Assembly (NCBI GenBank): GCA_002779355.1
Contig: PEWS01000040.1
Location: 1-32,375 of the forward strand
Reading direction: 5' to 3'
From: Candidatus Nealsonbacteria bacterium CG07_land_8_20_14_0_80_39_13
Lineage (GTDB): Bacteria; Patescibacteriota; Minisyncoccia; Minisyncoccales; GCA-002779355
DNA: 32,375 nt
Shown here: piece by piece, positions 9,609-17,448 of the stretch
Layout of the letters: each line of letters begins with the position of its first letter
Numbering within the stretch: position 1 is the stretch's first letter
Made by a program: the position numbers and the translations under genes
Notes under the pieces: model-generated
Seen by the model: only the letters and a program-made list of their open reading frames with translations
Told to the model about the DNA's origin: nothing
The model's database searches: none

Positions 9609-10319
9609 TCAACGTTGAATGTATTTTTCCATTATTTCGGCAAATGGAATTTTCTCCGTACTTGCACTTCGCGAATTTTCCCAAAACATGTCGCGTATAT
9701 CTTTTTCTTTCTTGGCGTAAATGTTTAAAGAAAAATAGCATTTATAATTAGCTTCGCCATTTTTAATTTTTATTTCTATATCAATAAATTTCATTCTTAA
9801 GAATTTCTTAAGTTCGATTAATTCTTTTCTTGGAATGGCAAAAAATACTTTGCTTTCGTAATCGTCGTCGTTTAGTTTATTTATCAACTTTTTAATTTTT
9901 AGCCAGGACGTTTCCCCTTCGGATATGCCTTTCTTCGGAAAGAGATAGATGCTGTTTTCTTCAGAAAGTTTCAAGATGAGGTAGGGAAATGGCATGATGG
10001 TTATCTTTCTATATTCACTATCGGTGATACTAACTTTTTCATCAACCGTCTTATATCGTAGAACTCCCCTTATTCCCGTTGTTTGGGTTAACGTGAGATG
10101 TTCTCTTTGGCAGAATTCATCTATATCAACCATCTTCTTTTTGAAATTTTCTCCAAGTTGCGTCTTTAATACTCTTTCCACAGAATTTATAAGAGTCTCG
10201 TATTCGTTATTTTCGGATACATTCAAACTAAAATTCCCCCATATTTTTTTTGCGACGATTTTGTTGTCAACACCGTTGTTTGACGGTAGTCGAAAAACAA
10301 TTTTCATTTTTTCTTTCAT
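9609..10319 (-). CDS. Hypothetical protein
   Basis: 236-aa ORF with ATG after an A-rich leader; no recognised motif. Confidence 0.65.
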   Translation of the reverse strand: MKEKMKIVFRLPSNNGVDNKIVAKKIWGNFSLNVSENNEYETLINSVERVLKTQLGENFKKKMVDIDEFCQREHLTLTQTTGIRGVLRYKTVDEKVSITDSEYRKITIMPFPYLILKLSEENSIYLFPKKGISEGETSWLKIKKLINKLNDDDYESKVFFAIPRKELIELKKFLRMKFIDIEIKIKNGEANYKCYFSLNIYAKKEKDIRDMFWENSRSASTEKIPFAEIMEKYIQR

Positions 10320-10448
10320 TTTTTGGTTTTTTCTTTTTTTAAGGTGCTTATCGCACTTTTTTGACGGGATTATTATTTCCCTTGCCCCTTAATTACCATA
10401 AAAATAAGTCAGACGTCAAATTTTCATGAGCCATTTCAAATTTTTTAG

Positions 10449-10598
10449 CAATTTTACAGGGATTTTACAGGGGTCAGACCCCTGTAAATTCCGCAGTGGT
10501 CAGACCCCTGCAAATTGTACCCCTGTAAATTGTTTGAAGAGGCCTATGTTGACGGGCCTATGTTGACGTCAGACGTCAACGCTTACGTCAACGCTTAT
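10449..10598. repeat. Cluster of REP-like palindromes (GGGGTC-A-GACCCC and TTGACGTC-A-GACGTCAA) with duplicated arms
   Basis: tttacaggggtc-a-gacccctgtaaa at 10464-10488, a second copy near 10498, and gttgacgtc-a-gacgtcaac near 10562-10580. Confidence 0.8.
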
Positions 10599-10625
10599 AT
10601 CTTGTTAGTATGGTAAAATGGTTTT

Positions 10626-11252
10626 ATGAGATACCCTAATTTAAATGAAGAAAAAAAGTTGTGGAAAAGCGGATATAAGTACGTAGTGGGGTTGGATGAG
10701 GCCGGAAGGGGACCGCTTGCGGGGCCGGTTGTGGCTGGAGCGGTAATGTTAAAAAATTACAAATTTCAAATTTCAAATTTCAAATTTCTAAAAGAGATGC
10801 GAGGGGTGAAAGATTCAAAGAAATTATCGGCGAGAAAGAGAGAAGAGATTTATGAAGTCCTGACGAATCATCCGGCGATAGAATGGGGGGTTGGCCGGGT
10901 TTCTGAAAAAATAATTGATAAGATAAATATCTTGGAGGCGACGAAACTGGCAATGATAAAAGCAATAAAAAAATTTAAAGTTGATTTTCTGATTATTGAT
11001 GGAAATTTTAAAATAAAAAAAGATATTCCGCAGAAATCAATAATAAAAGCAGATGCTAAAGTTTTTTCCTGCGCCGCCGCCAGCATTATCGCCAAAGTGA
11101 CAAGGGACAGGATAATGGAGAAAGAGCATAGAAAGTATCCGAAATATAATTTCGCCAAGCACAAGGGTTATCCGACGAAAGAGCATTATAAAGCCATAAG
11201 GAAAAACGGCTGTTGCAAGATTCACCGAAAAACCTTCCGTTTGGAAAATTAG
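10626..11252 (+). CDS. rnhB: Ribonuclease HII
   Basis: GLDEAGRGPLAGPVV, DSKKLS, IDG, AAASIIAKVTRD, HKGYPT, HRKTF. Confidence 0.97.
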   Translation: MRYPNLNEEKKLWKSGYKYVVGLDEAGRGPLAGPVVAGAVMLKNYKFQISNFKFLKEMRGVKDSKKLSARKREEIYEVLTNHPAIEWGVGRVSEKIIDKINILEATKLAMIKAIKKFKVDFLIIDGNFKIKKDIPQKSIIKADAKVFSCAAASIIAKVTRDRIMEKEHRKYPKYNFAKHKGYPTKEHYKAIRKNGCCKIHRKTFRLEN

Positions 11253-11318
11253 GCGCATGGGGTTGTAAGATTTAATTTTATATGATAATCTATAATAAAT
11301 TAAAAATTTTAAGAAATT

Positions 11319-11603
11319 ATGCCAGTTCCTAAACAAAGACATACCAAATCAAAAAGAAACAGGAGAAGGTCCCATATTAAGCTTACTATTCCGACCTTAA
11401 ATAAGTGCCCAAAATGCGCTAAGCCTGTCTTGCCTCATGTTGCTTGCTTAAGTTGCGGTTTTTATAAAGGGAAAGAAGTTATTGACGTGATGAAAAAATT
11501 AACTAAAAAAGAGAGGAAGGCAAAGGAAAGAGAAATGGCGGAAAAAGAAGCTGAAGCCAAGAAAGATAAACCATTAACAGCGGAAGAACTCTCTAAAAAT
11601 TAA
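11319..11603 (+). CDS. rpmF: 50S ribosomal protein L32 (Zn-binding, charged C-terminal extension)
   Basis: [19 protein letters not shown]...CPKC...[11 protein letters not shown]. Confidence 0.95.
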   Translation: MPVPKQRHTKSKRNRRRSHIKLTIPTLNKCPKCAKPVLPHVACLSCGFYKGKEVIDVMKKLTKKERKAKEREMAEKEAEAKKDKPLTAEELSKN

Positions 11604-11605
11604 TT

Positions 11606-12091
11606 ATGGCAAGTAGGCATTTGTCTAGAAGCATAGTTTTACAGGCTCTTTACGAGTGGGATTTTTTCAATAAAAAGAATAATCTGGAGAAGATAGTTGA
11701 GAAAGATATTGAGGAAATGGGGCCGGGATTGGAAGACAAGAGTTTTATTTGGGAATTGACCGCCGGAGTAGTGGAAAATTTTGAAGCCCTTAATAAGATA
11801 ATTGAACAGGCGGCTCCGGAATGGCCAGTTGATCAGATCAGTATCGTTGACAGGAATATTTTAAGAATCGGCTTGTATGAGCTTTTATATGGAAGTAAAG
11901 AAGCTGTTCCCCCTAAGGTGGCCATTAACGAATCAATAGAGTTGGGGAAAACATTCGGTGGAGAGAATTCAGGGAAATTCATAAATGGTGTTTTAGGGAC
12001 AGTCTATAAACAAGCGGGGATAACTGAACCCGATGAAAAAGATGAGGATAATGGAGATAATGAAAAAAAAGATGATGATGAAAAAATTTGA
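11606..12091 (+). CDS. nusB: Transcription antitermination factor NusB
   Basis: [43 protein letters not shown]. Confidence 0.97.
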   Translation: MASRHLSRSIVLQALYEWDFFNKKNNLEKIVEKDIEEMGPGLEDKSFIWELTAGVVENFEALNKIIEQAAPEWPVDQISIVDRNILRIGLYELLYGSKEAVPPKVAINESIELGKTFGGENSGKFINGVLGTVYKQAGITEPDEKDEDNGDNEKKDDDEKI

Positions 12092-12770
12092 AAAATTTGA
12101 AAAAGAAATTGGCGTTAATTTCAAGAATAAGGATTTACTGACTCAAGCTTTCTGTCACAGATCTTATCTGAACGAAAATACGGATTTTAACTTGAGCAAT
12201 AACGAGAGGTTGGAATTTTTGGGAGACGCGGTTCTGGAGTTGATAATAACGGAGAATCTCTACGTTAATCAACCGGAAAAATCGGAAGGTGAATTGACGA
12301 ACTGGAGAGCGGCTTTGGTGAATACAAATATGCTTTCAAAAATTGCCGGCGAGCTCGGATACAATGACTTTCTTTTGCTATCCAAAGGAGAGGAAAAGGA
12401 AAAGGGAAAGGCAAGGCAGTGTATCTTAGCTAATACATTTGAAGCTGTTTTGGGAGCAATTTACCTTGATCAGGGGATAGAAGTCTGCCGGAAATTCATT
12501 GAAAAAAATTTACTCAAGGAATTGTCCAATATTGAAAAAAACGAACTTTTTAAAGACGATAAGTCGCGTTTTCAAGAAGAGTCTCAAGAAAGGGCAGGCA
12601 TTACTCCCATTTATAAGGTTCTGGGAGAAGAGGGGCCTGACCATGACAAGGTCTTTACTATTGGGGTTTTTCTTGATAAAGAATTAGTAGCTAAGGATAC
12701 CGGCTCGTCAAAGCAAGAAGCAGAGATAAAAGCGGCTAAAAAGGCATTAGAGGTAAAAAATTGGAAATAA
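12078..12770 (+). CDS. rnc: Ribonuclease III
   Basis: [12 protein letters not shown] signature and dsRBD ([16 protein letters not shown]). Start is probably one of the ATGs at 12072-12078, overlapping the end of nusB. Confidence 0.97.
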   Translation: MKKFEKFEKEIGVNFKNKDLLTQAFCHRSYLNENTDFNLSNNERLEFLGDAVLELIITENLYVNQPEKSEGELTNWRAALVNTNMLSKIAGELGYNDFLLLSKGEEKEKGKARQCILANTFEAVLGAIYLDQGIEVCRKFIEKNLLKELSNIEKNELFKDDKSRFQEESQERAGITPIYKVLGEEGPDHDKVFTIGVFLDKELVAKDTGSSKQEAEIKAAKKALEVKNWK

Positions 12771-12790
12771 TTAAATAAATTTCAAATATT

Positions 12791-13171
12791 ATGTTGGTAA
12801 TTCGCTTGCTTCGCAAAGGAAGGAAAAATCAGCCTTTCTTCAAAATTGTGGTTACGGATAAAAAGAATGCTCCCCGAGGAGGACGTTTTGTTGAGGAGGT
12901 TGGTTTTTGGAACCCTAAGACAAAAGAAAAAACATTGAACGGAGACAGAATAAAGCACTGGATTTCTATGGGCGCAAAGCCTTCGGAAACAGTCTACAAT
13001 CTTTTAATTGTTGGAAAGATCATTGAGGGCAAAAAAACAGCAGTTCATAAAAAATCTAGGCCAGAGGCCCATCGTCCTCTGGACGACAAGAAGAAGCCGG
13101 CTGAAGGAGGAACTGCCCCTGTTGCGGAAGCCAAGAAAGAAGAGAAACCTGCGGAAGCCGTAGCTCAATAG
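12791..13171 (+). CDS. rpsP: 30S ribosomal protein S16
   Basis: MLVIRLLRKGRKNQPFFKIVV...GRFVEEVGFWNP...GAKPSETV. Confidence 0.97.
   Translation: MLVIRLLRKGRKNQPFFKIVVTDKKNAPRGGRFVEEVGFWNPKTKEKTLNGDRIKHWISMGAKPSETVYNLLIVGKIIEGKKTAVHKKSRPEAHRPLDDKKKPAEGGTAPVAEAKKEEKPAEAVAQ
13057..13086. repeat. 30-bp double-palindrome element in frame in rpsP
   Basis: taggccagaggccca + tcgtcctctggacga. Confidence 0.85.
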
Positions 13172-13176
13172 GAAAG

Positions 13177-13204
13177 TTGACAATTGTTTTTGAAAAGATA
13201 AAAT
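13177..13204 (+). promoter_or_regulatory. Putative sigma70 promoter upstream of khpA
   Basis: TTGACA-N16-TAAAAT. Confidence 0.5.
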
Positions 13205-13267
13205 ATAAACAGATAAAGGTCGAGACACTTAGAAGATTAAAAGAAAAAGAAAAACCTTTTTGAAATT

Positions 13268-13594
13268 ATGACAAAAGAAGCCAATGACAAAGAATTTCTT
13301 GAGTATATGGTTAAGGCATTAGTTGATCACCCTGAAGATGTCGTTGTTGACCGAAAGGTTGACGAGATGGGAGTTTTGCTTTCTTTGAAGGTAAACTCTG
13401 AAGATATGGGTCAAATCATCGGCAAAGCCGGTTCTATTGCCAGATCAATCAGGAGCTTAGTCCGGATTGTCGGCCTCAAGAATCACGCTCGGGTTAACTT
13501 GAAAATAGAGGAACCTGAAGGCGGAAGAACTTCAGCTCCTTCTCACAGCGCAGTTAAAAAAGAGACAGGAGATTTTGAAGAACTTAGCCTGTAA
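13268..13594 (+). CDS. khpA: KH-domain RNA-binding protein (KhpA/UPF0109)
   Basis: LVDHPEDV...DMGQIIGKAG GxxG loop; typical position between rpsP and trmD. Confidence 0.9.
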   Translation: MTKEANDKEFLEYMVKALVDHPEDVVVDRKVDEMGVLLSLKVNSEDMGQIIGKAGSIARSIRSLVRIVGLKNHARVNLKIEEPEGGRTSAPSHSAVKKETGDFEELSL

Positions 13595-13665
13595 GTAATT
13601 TATTTACCGGACAAGGAAAACCGTGCTATCATCAATGATTGACAGCGCGGTTTTCATTTAAAGAT

Positions 13666-14364
13666 ATGAGGTTTGATATCATCACAATTTTTCCTAATAT
13701 TTTTGATTCTTATTTAAAAGAGACTTTTATAAAAAAAGCTCAAGATAAGAAAATAATTAATATCAAAATCCACAATTTAAGGGATTGGGCTTTTGATCGC
13801 CATCAAACCGTTGACGGCCGGCCTTTCGGTGGAGGATTGGGAATGGTCATCAAACTGGAGCCGATATACAAAGCCGTCTCCAGTTTGATTAAATGTAAAG
13901 CTAAAAACGAAAAACTAAAAATAAACCGGAAAACTAAGGTTATACTCTTTACGCCGAGGGGAGAGAAGTTTAACCAGCAGATGGCTTATAAATTGAGCAA
14001 ATTTGACCGATTGATAATGATTTGCGGCCGTTATGAGGGGGTTGATGAAAGAGTGGCCGAACATATAGCTGACGTTGAGATTTCAATAGGGGATTACGAC
14101 CTGATGGGCGGGGAATTGCCGGCTATGATAGTAATGGAAACAATAACGAGGTTGAAACCGGGAGTTATTGGTAAGCCTGAATTTCTCAAAGAGAGAGTCG
14201 CTAAGAATAAAAAATTTCTTGAGTATCCCCAATACGTCAGGCCGGAAGTATTTTTGCCTGATAAGAAGTCAAGAGGTTGGAAGGCGCCTAAGGTTTTGCT
14301 GTCGGGCAACCACAAAGATATTGAAGCCTGGAAGGCGGAACACGGAAAGGAGATTGGAAATTAA
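13666..14364 (+). CDS. trmD: tRNA (guanine-N1)-methyltransferase
   Basis: MRFDIITIFP, PFGGGLGMV, CGRYEGVDERV, SIGDY..GGE, LEYPQY.RP, VLLSGNH. Confidence 0.97.
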   Translation: MRFDIITIFPNIFDSYLKETFIKKAQDKKIINIKIHNLRDWAFDRHQTVDGRPFGGGLGMVIKLEPIYKAVSSLIKCKAKNEKLKINRKTKVILFTPRGEKFNQQMAYKLSKFDRLIMICGRYEGVDERVAEHIADVEISIGDYDLMGGELPAMIVMETITRLKPGVIGKPEFLKERVAKNKKFLEYPQYVRPEVFLPDKKSRGWKAPKVLLSGNHKDIEAWKAEHGKEIGN

Positions 14365-14391
14365 ATGATTTTGTGTTAAGTTTATATTTAC

Positions 14392-14474
14392 GGGTAGGTA
14401 CCAAAGCGGCTAAATGGGTGTGGCTGTAAACCACATGACTTCGGTCTTCGGGGGTTCAAATCCCTCCCTACCCA
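14392..14474 (+). tRNA. tRNA-Tyr (GTA)
   Basis: Acceptor GGGTAGG/CCTACCC, anticodon arm TGTGG-CTGTAAA-CCACA, long variable arm, T arm GGGGG-TTCAAAT-CCCTC. Confidence 0.95.
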
Positions 14475-14475
14475 C

Positions 14476-14503
14476 AGCAAATTTTGCTATTGCAAAATTT
14501 GCT
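14476..14503. other. Hairpin directly after tRNA-Tyr
   Basis: AGCAAATTTTGC-TATT-GCAAAATTTGCT, 12-bp perfect stem; no U-tract. Confidence 0.6.
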
Positions 14504-14579
14504 CCCTAAATACAAATTATACGCATAAATTACAAGTAGCTTGAAGAATTAAAATAATCGAAATTATGTAAAATAGATT

Positions 14580-15404
14580 ATGGAGAAGAACATTAACATT
14601 TGCAAATCAATGGCGTATAAAGAAAAACAGGCGAAAATTACTAGAGAAAATTGGGGAAAAGGAGTTTATGATTTTCGGATCAAACAAGAGGAGAGGCGAT
14701 GCGCAAGAAAGGGGTGTAGATTAATTTTCAAAGCACAACCATCAGACGTCAAGAAATTTTGTTCTCGTAGTTGTGCGGCAAAGGTTAATAATCCAAAACG
14801 CGCTAAAATTAATTTTACTGACAAGGAAAAAATCAAAAAATTATATAGAAAAGGATTTTCAATGATGGAAATTTCTCAAAAATTAGGCTATAGCTACAAT
14901 GCGGTTGTATATTGGATGAAAAAACTTAAAATTCCCTGTCGCAGCGTAAGTGATGCCCTATACCAAAAGTTAAATCCAAAAGGAGACCCCTTTAATATAA
15001 AGAAAAATTTGACGCCGGAAGACCAGAGATTATTCGGGTTAGGAATGGGAATTTATTGGGGAGAAGGGAATAAGCTTAATAAGCATAGCGTGAGGTTGGG
15101 AAATTCCGATCCAAAACTCATAAAGTTATTTCGTGATTTTTTAATCAAGATATGCGGCGTTAAAAAAGAAAAATTCTTATATAATCTTCTTTTGTTCAAT
15201 GATGCGAGCAAAAACAAAGCGCTTAGTTTCTGGAATAAAGAGCTTGGACTTGCTTCGGGTCAAATAAAATCGGTTACTTCTCTAAAACCAAGAGGGAAAG
15301 GAACATATAAGAAAAAGAGCATGACAGGGGTATTGACTATTGAAGTCGGGAACGTCAAACTTAAAAAAGAGATAGACAAGATGCTTGAGGCGTTATGTAA
15401 ATAG
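14580..15404 (+). CDS. Free-standing LAGLIDADG-like endonuclease/WhiA-like protein with N-terminal Zn finger and HTH
   Basis: CARKGC...KKFCSRSC; KKLYRKGFSMMEISQKLG HTH; GMGIYWGEGNK...VRLGNSDPKLIKLFRDFL resembles a LAGLIDADG helix plus following strands. Confidence 0.7.
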   Translation: MEKNINICKSMAYKEKQAKITRENWGKGVYDFRIKQEERRCARKGCRLIFKAQPSDVKKFCSRSCAAKVNNPKRAKINFTDKEKIKKLYRKGFSMMEISQKLGYSYNAVVYWMKKLKIPCRSVSDALYQKLNPKGDPFNIKKNLTPEDQRLFGLGMGIYWGEGNKLNKHSVRLGNSDPKLIKLFRDFLIKICGVKKEKFLYNLLLFNDASKNKALSFWNKELGLASGQIKSVTSLKPRGKGTYKKKSMTGVLTIEVGNVKLKKEIDKMLEALCK

Positions 15405-15478
15405 GCCTGAGTAGCTCAGACAGTTAGAGCACATCATTGGTAATGATGAGGTCAGCGGTGCGACTCCGCTCTCAGGCT
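15405..15478 (+). tRNA. tRNA-Thr (GGT)
   Basis: Acceptor GCCTGAG/CTCAGGC, anticodon arm CATCA-TTGGTAA-TGATG, T arm AGCGG-TGCGACT-CCGCT with a non-canonical loop. Confidence 0.9.
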
Positions 15479-15558
15479 CAGGATAAGCGAAAATTATCAA
15501 TTTTAGTCAAAGGTTGATCTGCCCTTGGTGGAAAATTAAAAATATCAATTAAAAAAAT

Positions 15559-15723
15559 ATGGCAACAAAGAAAAAACCATTCGTAAAATTACAGTGCTCG
15601 GAGTGCAAGGAAGTTAATTACTACACTCACAAATCAAAGGGGATAGCGACGGAGAAACTGGAATTGAAAAAATTCTGCAGTTCTTGTCGCAAGAGCGTAG
15701 TCCACAAAGAAGCCAAGAAATAA
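15559..15723 (+). CDS. rpmG: 50S ribosomal protein L33 (Zn-binding)
   Basis: Not in the ORF track. MATKKKPFVKLQCSECKEVNYYTHKSKGIATEKLELKKFCSSCRKSVVHKEAKK*. Confidence 0.96.
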   Translation: MATKKKPFVKLQCSECKEVNYYTHKSKGIATEKLELKKFCSSCRKSVVHKEAKK

Positions 15724-15751
15724 AAATAGAAAAGTACGTGGGGGCGTGCTT

Positions 15752-15825
15752 AGGGGCATAGTTTAGTGGTAAAACAGTGGTCTCCAAAACCACGGACGGG
15801 AGTCCGATTCTCTCTGCCCCTGCCA
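15752..15825 (+). tRNA. tRNA-Trp (CCA), CCA end encoded
   Basis: Acceptor AGGGGCA/TGCCCCT, anticodon arm GTGGT-CTCCAAA-ACCAC, T arm GGGAG-TCCGATT-CTCTC, ends GCCA. Confidence 0.95.
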
Positions 15826-15833
15826 ATGAATGC

Positions 15834-15900
15834 GCGGGTTCGTCCCGTCATCCGACGGGACGCCCAGTCGTATGACTGGGCGAGTCCTGGCGCCCCCGCA
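15834..15900 (+). pseudogene. tRNA-like 3' half with two hairpins inserted in the T-loop
   Basis: GCGGGTTCG[40 nt]AGTCCTGGCGCCCCCGCA; the 3' end pairs with GTGGGGGCGT at 15738-15747. Confidence 0.6.
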
Positions 15901-15995
15901 ATGTAATAAATTTTTCTTTCGGAAAAATTTAAACATTGCTGTGGCGTTTAAATTTTCAAAGAAAATTTATTACGCCACGCATTTCCAAAAGCATA

Positions 15996-16203
15996 CATCG
16001 TGGAGTCAGACCCCACGATGATAATCTTTGTTAAAATTTTTAGCGCAGAATTATGGAGACCGGGTCTCCGTAATTCTGGATAATTACGCTTCGGCGGAGT
16101 TTTTTGTTTTCAAATAACGGTGAGGCGGGAAGGGGAGTTTACAGGGGTCAGACCCCTGCGGAATCTACAGGGGTCAGACCCCTGTGAAAACCCCTGTGAA
16201 ATT
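15996..16203. repeat. Cluster of REP-like single-nucleotide-centred palindromes
   Basis: catcgtggagtc-a-gaccccacgatg (15996-16020); cagaattatggagacc-g-ggtctccgtaattctg (16046-16078); caggggtc-a-gacccctg twice (near 16142 and 16168). Confidence 0.8.
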
Positions 16204-16265
16204 TGTTTGTTGAGAAAGCAATTATTTTGCTTTCAGTGGAGAGGTTTTTTTGATAGAATAAATTT

Positions 16266-16868
16266 ATGAAAAAACAGAAATTTTATGCTTACTCGGCTGA
16301 TGGGAAAACAGGCATAGCTGATGACTGGCCATCTTGCGAAAAAATCGTTTCCGGAATTCAGGGCGCCAAGTTCAAGGGCTTTCTGACCGAAGCTGAAGCT
16401 AAGATGTGGCTGGAAGCCGGAGCGGATTACAAGATTAAACACTTAACCACTGAAAAGGGGATCTATTTTGACGCCGGAACAGGAGCCGGCCACGGGGTTG
16501 AGATTAATGTAACCGATGAAAAGGGAACAAGCTTACTGGATAAAGTTTTACCGGACACCCATATAAATCATCGCGGCCACCACTGGATTTTTAAAGATGT
16601 AACTAATAATTTTGGCGAATTACTGGCCTGCAAATACGCCTTGCAGATTGCGTTAAAGGAGGGGATTAAGGATGTTTTCGGCGACAGTAAGTTGATTATT
16701 GAGTTTTGGTCTAAGGGGTATGTAAAAAAAGAAAATATTCATCCGGAGACAATTGCCTTAAGCGCTGAAGTTAAAAAACTAAGATATGATTTTGAGAAAT
16801 CAGGAGGGAAGATAGGGCGCGTTCCCGGCTCCGGCAACCCGGCCGATTTAGGTTTCCACAAAGGCTAA
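16266..16868 (+). CDS. rnhA: Ribonuclease HI with N-terminal hybrid-binding (viroplasmin) domain
   Basis: KFYAY...W..C...V.G..GAKFKGF....EA..WL; IYFDAGTG, TNNFGEL, GDSKL, NPAD acidic catalytic motifs. Confidence 0.85.
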   Translation: MKKQKFYAYSADGKTGIADDWPSCEKIVSGIQGAKFKGFLTEAEAKMWLEAGADYKIKHLTTEKGIYFDAGTGAGHGVEINVTDEKGTSLLDKVLPDTHINHRGHHWIFKDVTNNFGELLACKYALQIALKEGIKDVFGDSKLIIEFWSKGYVKKENIHPETIALSAEVKKLRYDFEKSGGKIGRVPGSGNPADLGFHKG

Positions 16869-16910
16869 CCATATTAAATTTCAAATTTCAAATTACAAAT
16901 TTCAAAAACC

Positions 16911-17444
16911 ATGGAGGAGATAAAGATAGATAAATTGATACGCTCCAAGAGAAGGAGCATCGCCTTAATCGTCTCGTCCGAGGCGACTCTTATTGTCCGA
17001 GCGCCAATGAGAACGACTTTGGAATATATTGAAGGTCTGGTTTTTGAAAAAAGGGCTTGGATAAAAAAGAAAAAGGATCAAATTTTAAAAAATAGCTGGC
17101 CGGCTAAAAAATGCGAAGAATTATCTCAAGAAAAGGCACTGGAGAAAATAACCGAAAGAGTGAATTTTTACAGTCGGATTACCGGTTGGAAATTTAAGTC
17201 CGTATCAATTACCAAGGCCGAATCAAGATGGGGCTCCTGCGGACCGAATAATTCAATTAATTTCAGTCGGCGGTTGATTATGGCGCCCATTGATGTTATT
17301 GATTATGTAGTTGTTCATGAATTGGCTCATATAGCGGAGAAAAATCATTCAAAAAAATTTTGGGACAAAGTGGAGGCAATTTTGCCTGATTATAAAGAAA
17401 AAAGAAAATGGTTAAAAGAAAAAGGCCATAATCTAAAAATATAA
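16911..17444 (+). CDS. YgjP/DUF45 (M48/SprT-like) metal-dependent hydrolase
   Basis: RSKRRSI...VRAP, RWGSC, DYVVVHELAH, NHSKKFW. Confidence 0.9.
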   Translation: MEEIKIDKLIRSKRRSIALIVSSEATLIVRAPMRTTLEYIEGLVFEKRAWIKKKKDQILKNSWPAKKCEELSQEKALEKITERVNFYSRITGWKFKSVSITKAESRWGSCGPNNSINFSRRLIMAPIDVIDYVVVHELAHIAEKNHSKKFWDKVEAILPDYKEKRKWLKEKGHNLKI

Positions 17445-17448
17445 GCAT

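Noticed and set aside
12033..12077. N-terminal extension of rnc given in the ORF track
   Set aside because: It is the alternative frame of the acidic nusB tail; a start at 12072-12078 is more plausible.
14547..14574. dif-like site AATTAAAATAA-TCGAAA-TTATGTAAAAT
   Set aside because: The XerD-like arm has one mismatch but the XerC arm is poor; in AT-rich DNA it is equally explained as an extended -10 box for the downstream ORF.
14392..15478. Group I intron in a tRNA carrying the LAGLIDADG-like ORF
   Set aside because: Both flanking tRNAs are intact and there is little room for, and no visible, intron core.
15738..15900. tmRNA interpretation of the GGGGGCG...T-arm shell
   Set aside because: Too short, with no tag reading frame, no G3-U70 pair or ACCA end, and the interior is a complete tRNA-Trp.
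15614..16021. ORFs 15614-15826 (-) and 15830-16021 (+)
   Set aside because: They overlap rpmG, tRNA-Trp and palindromes and are typical spurious tRNA-antisense or repeat ORFs.
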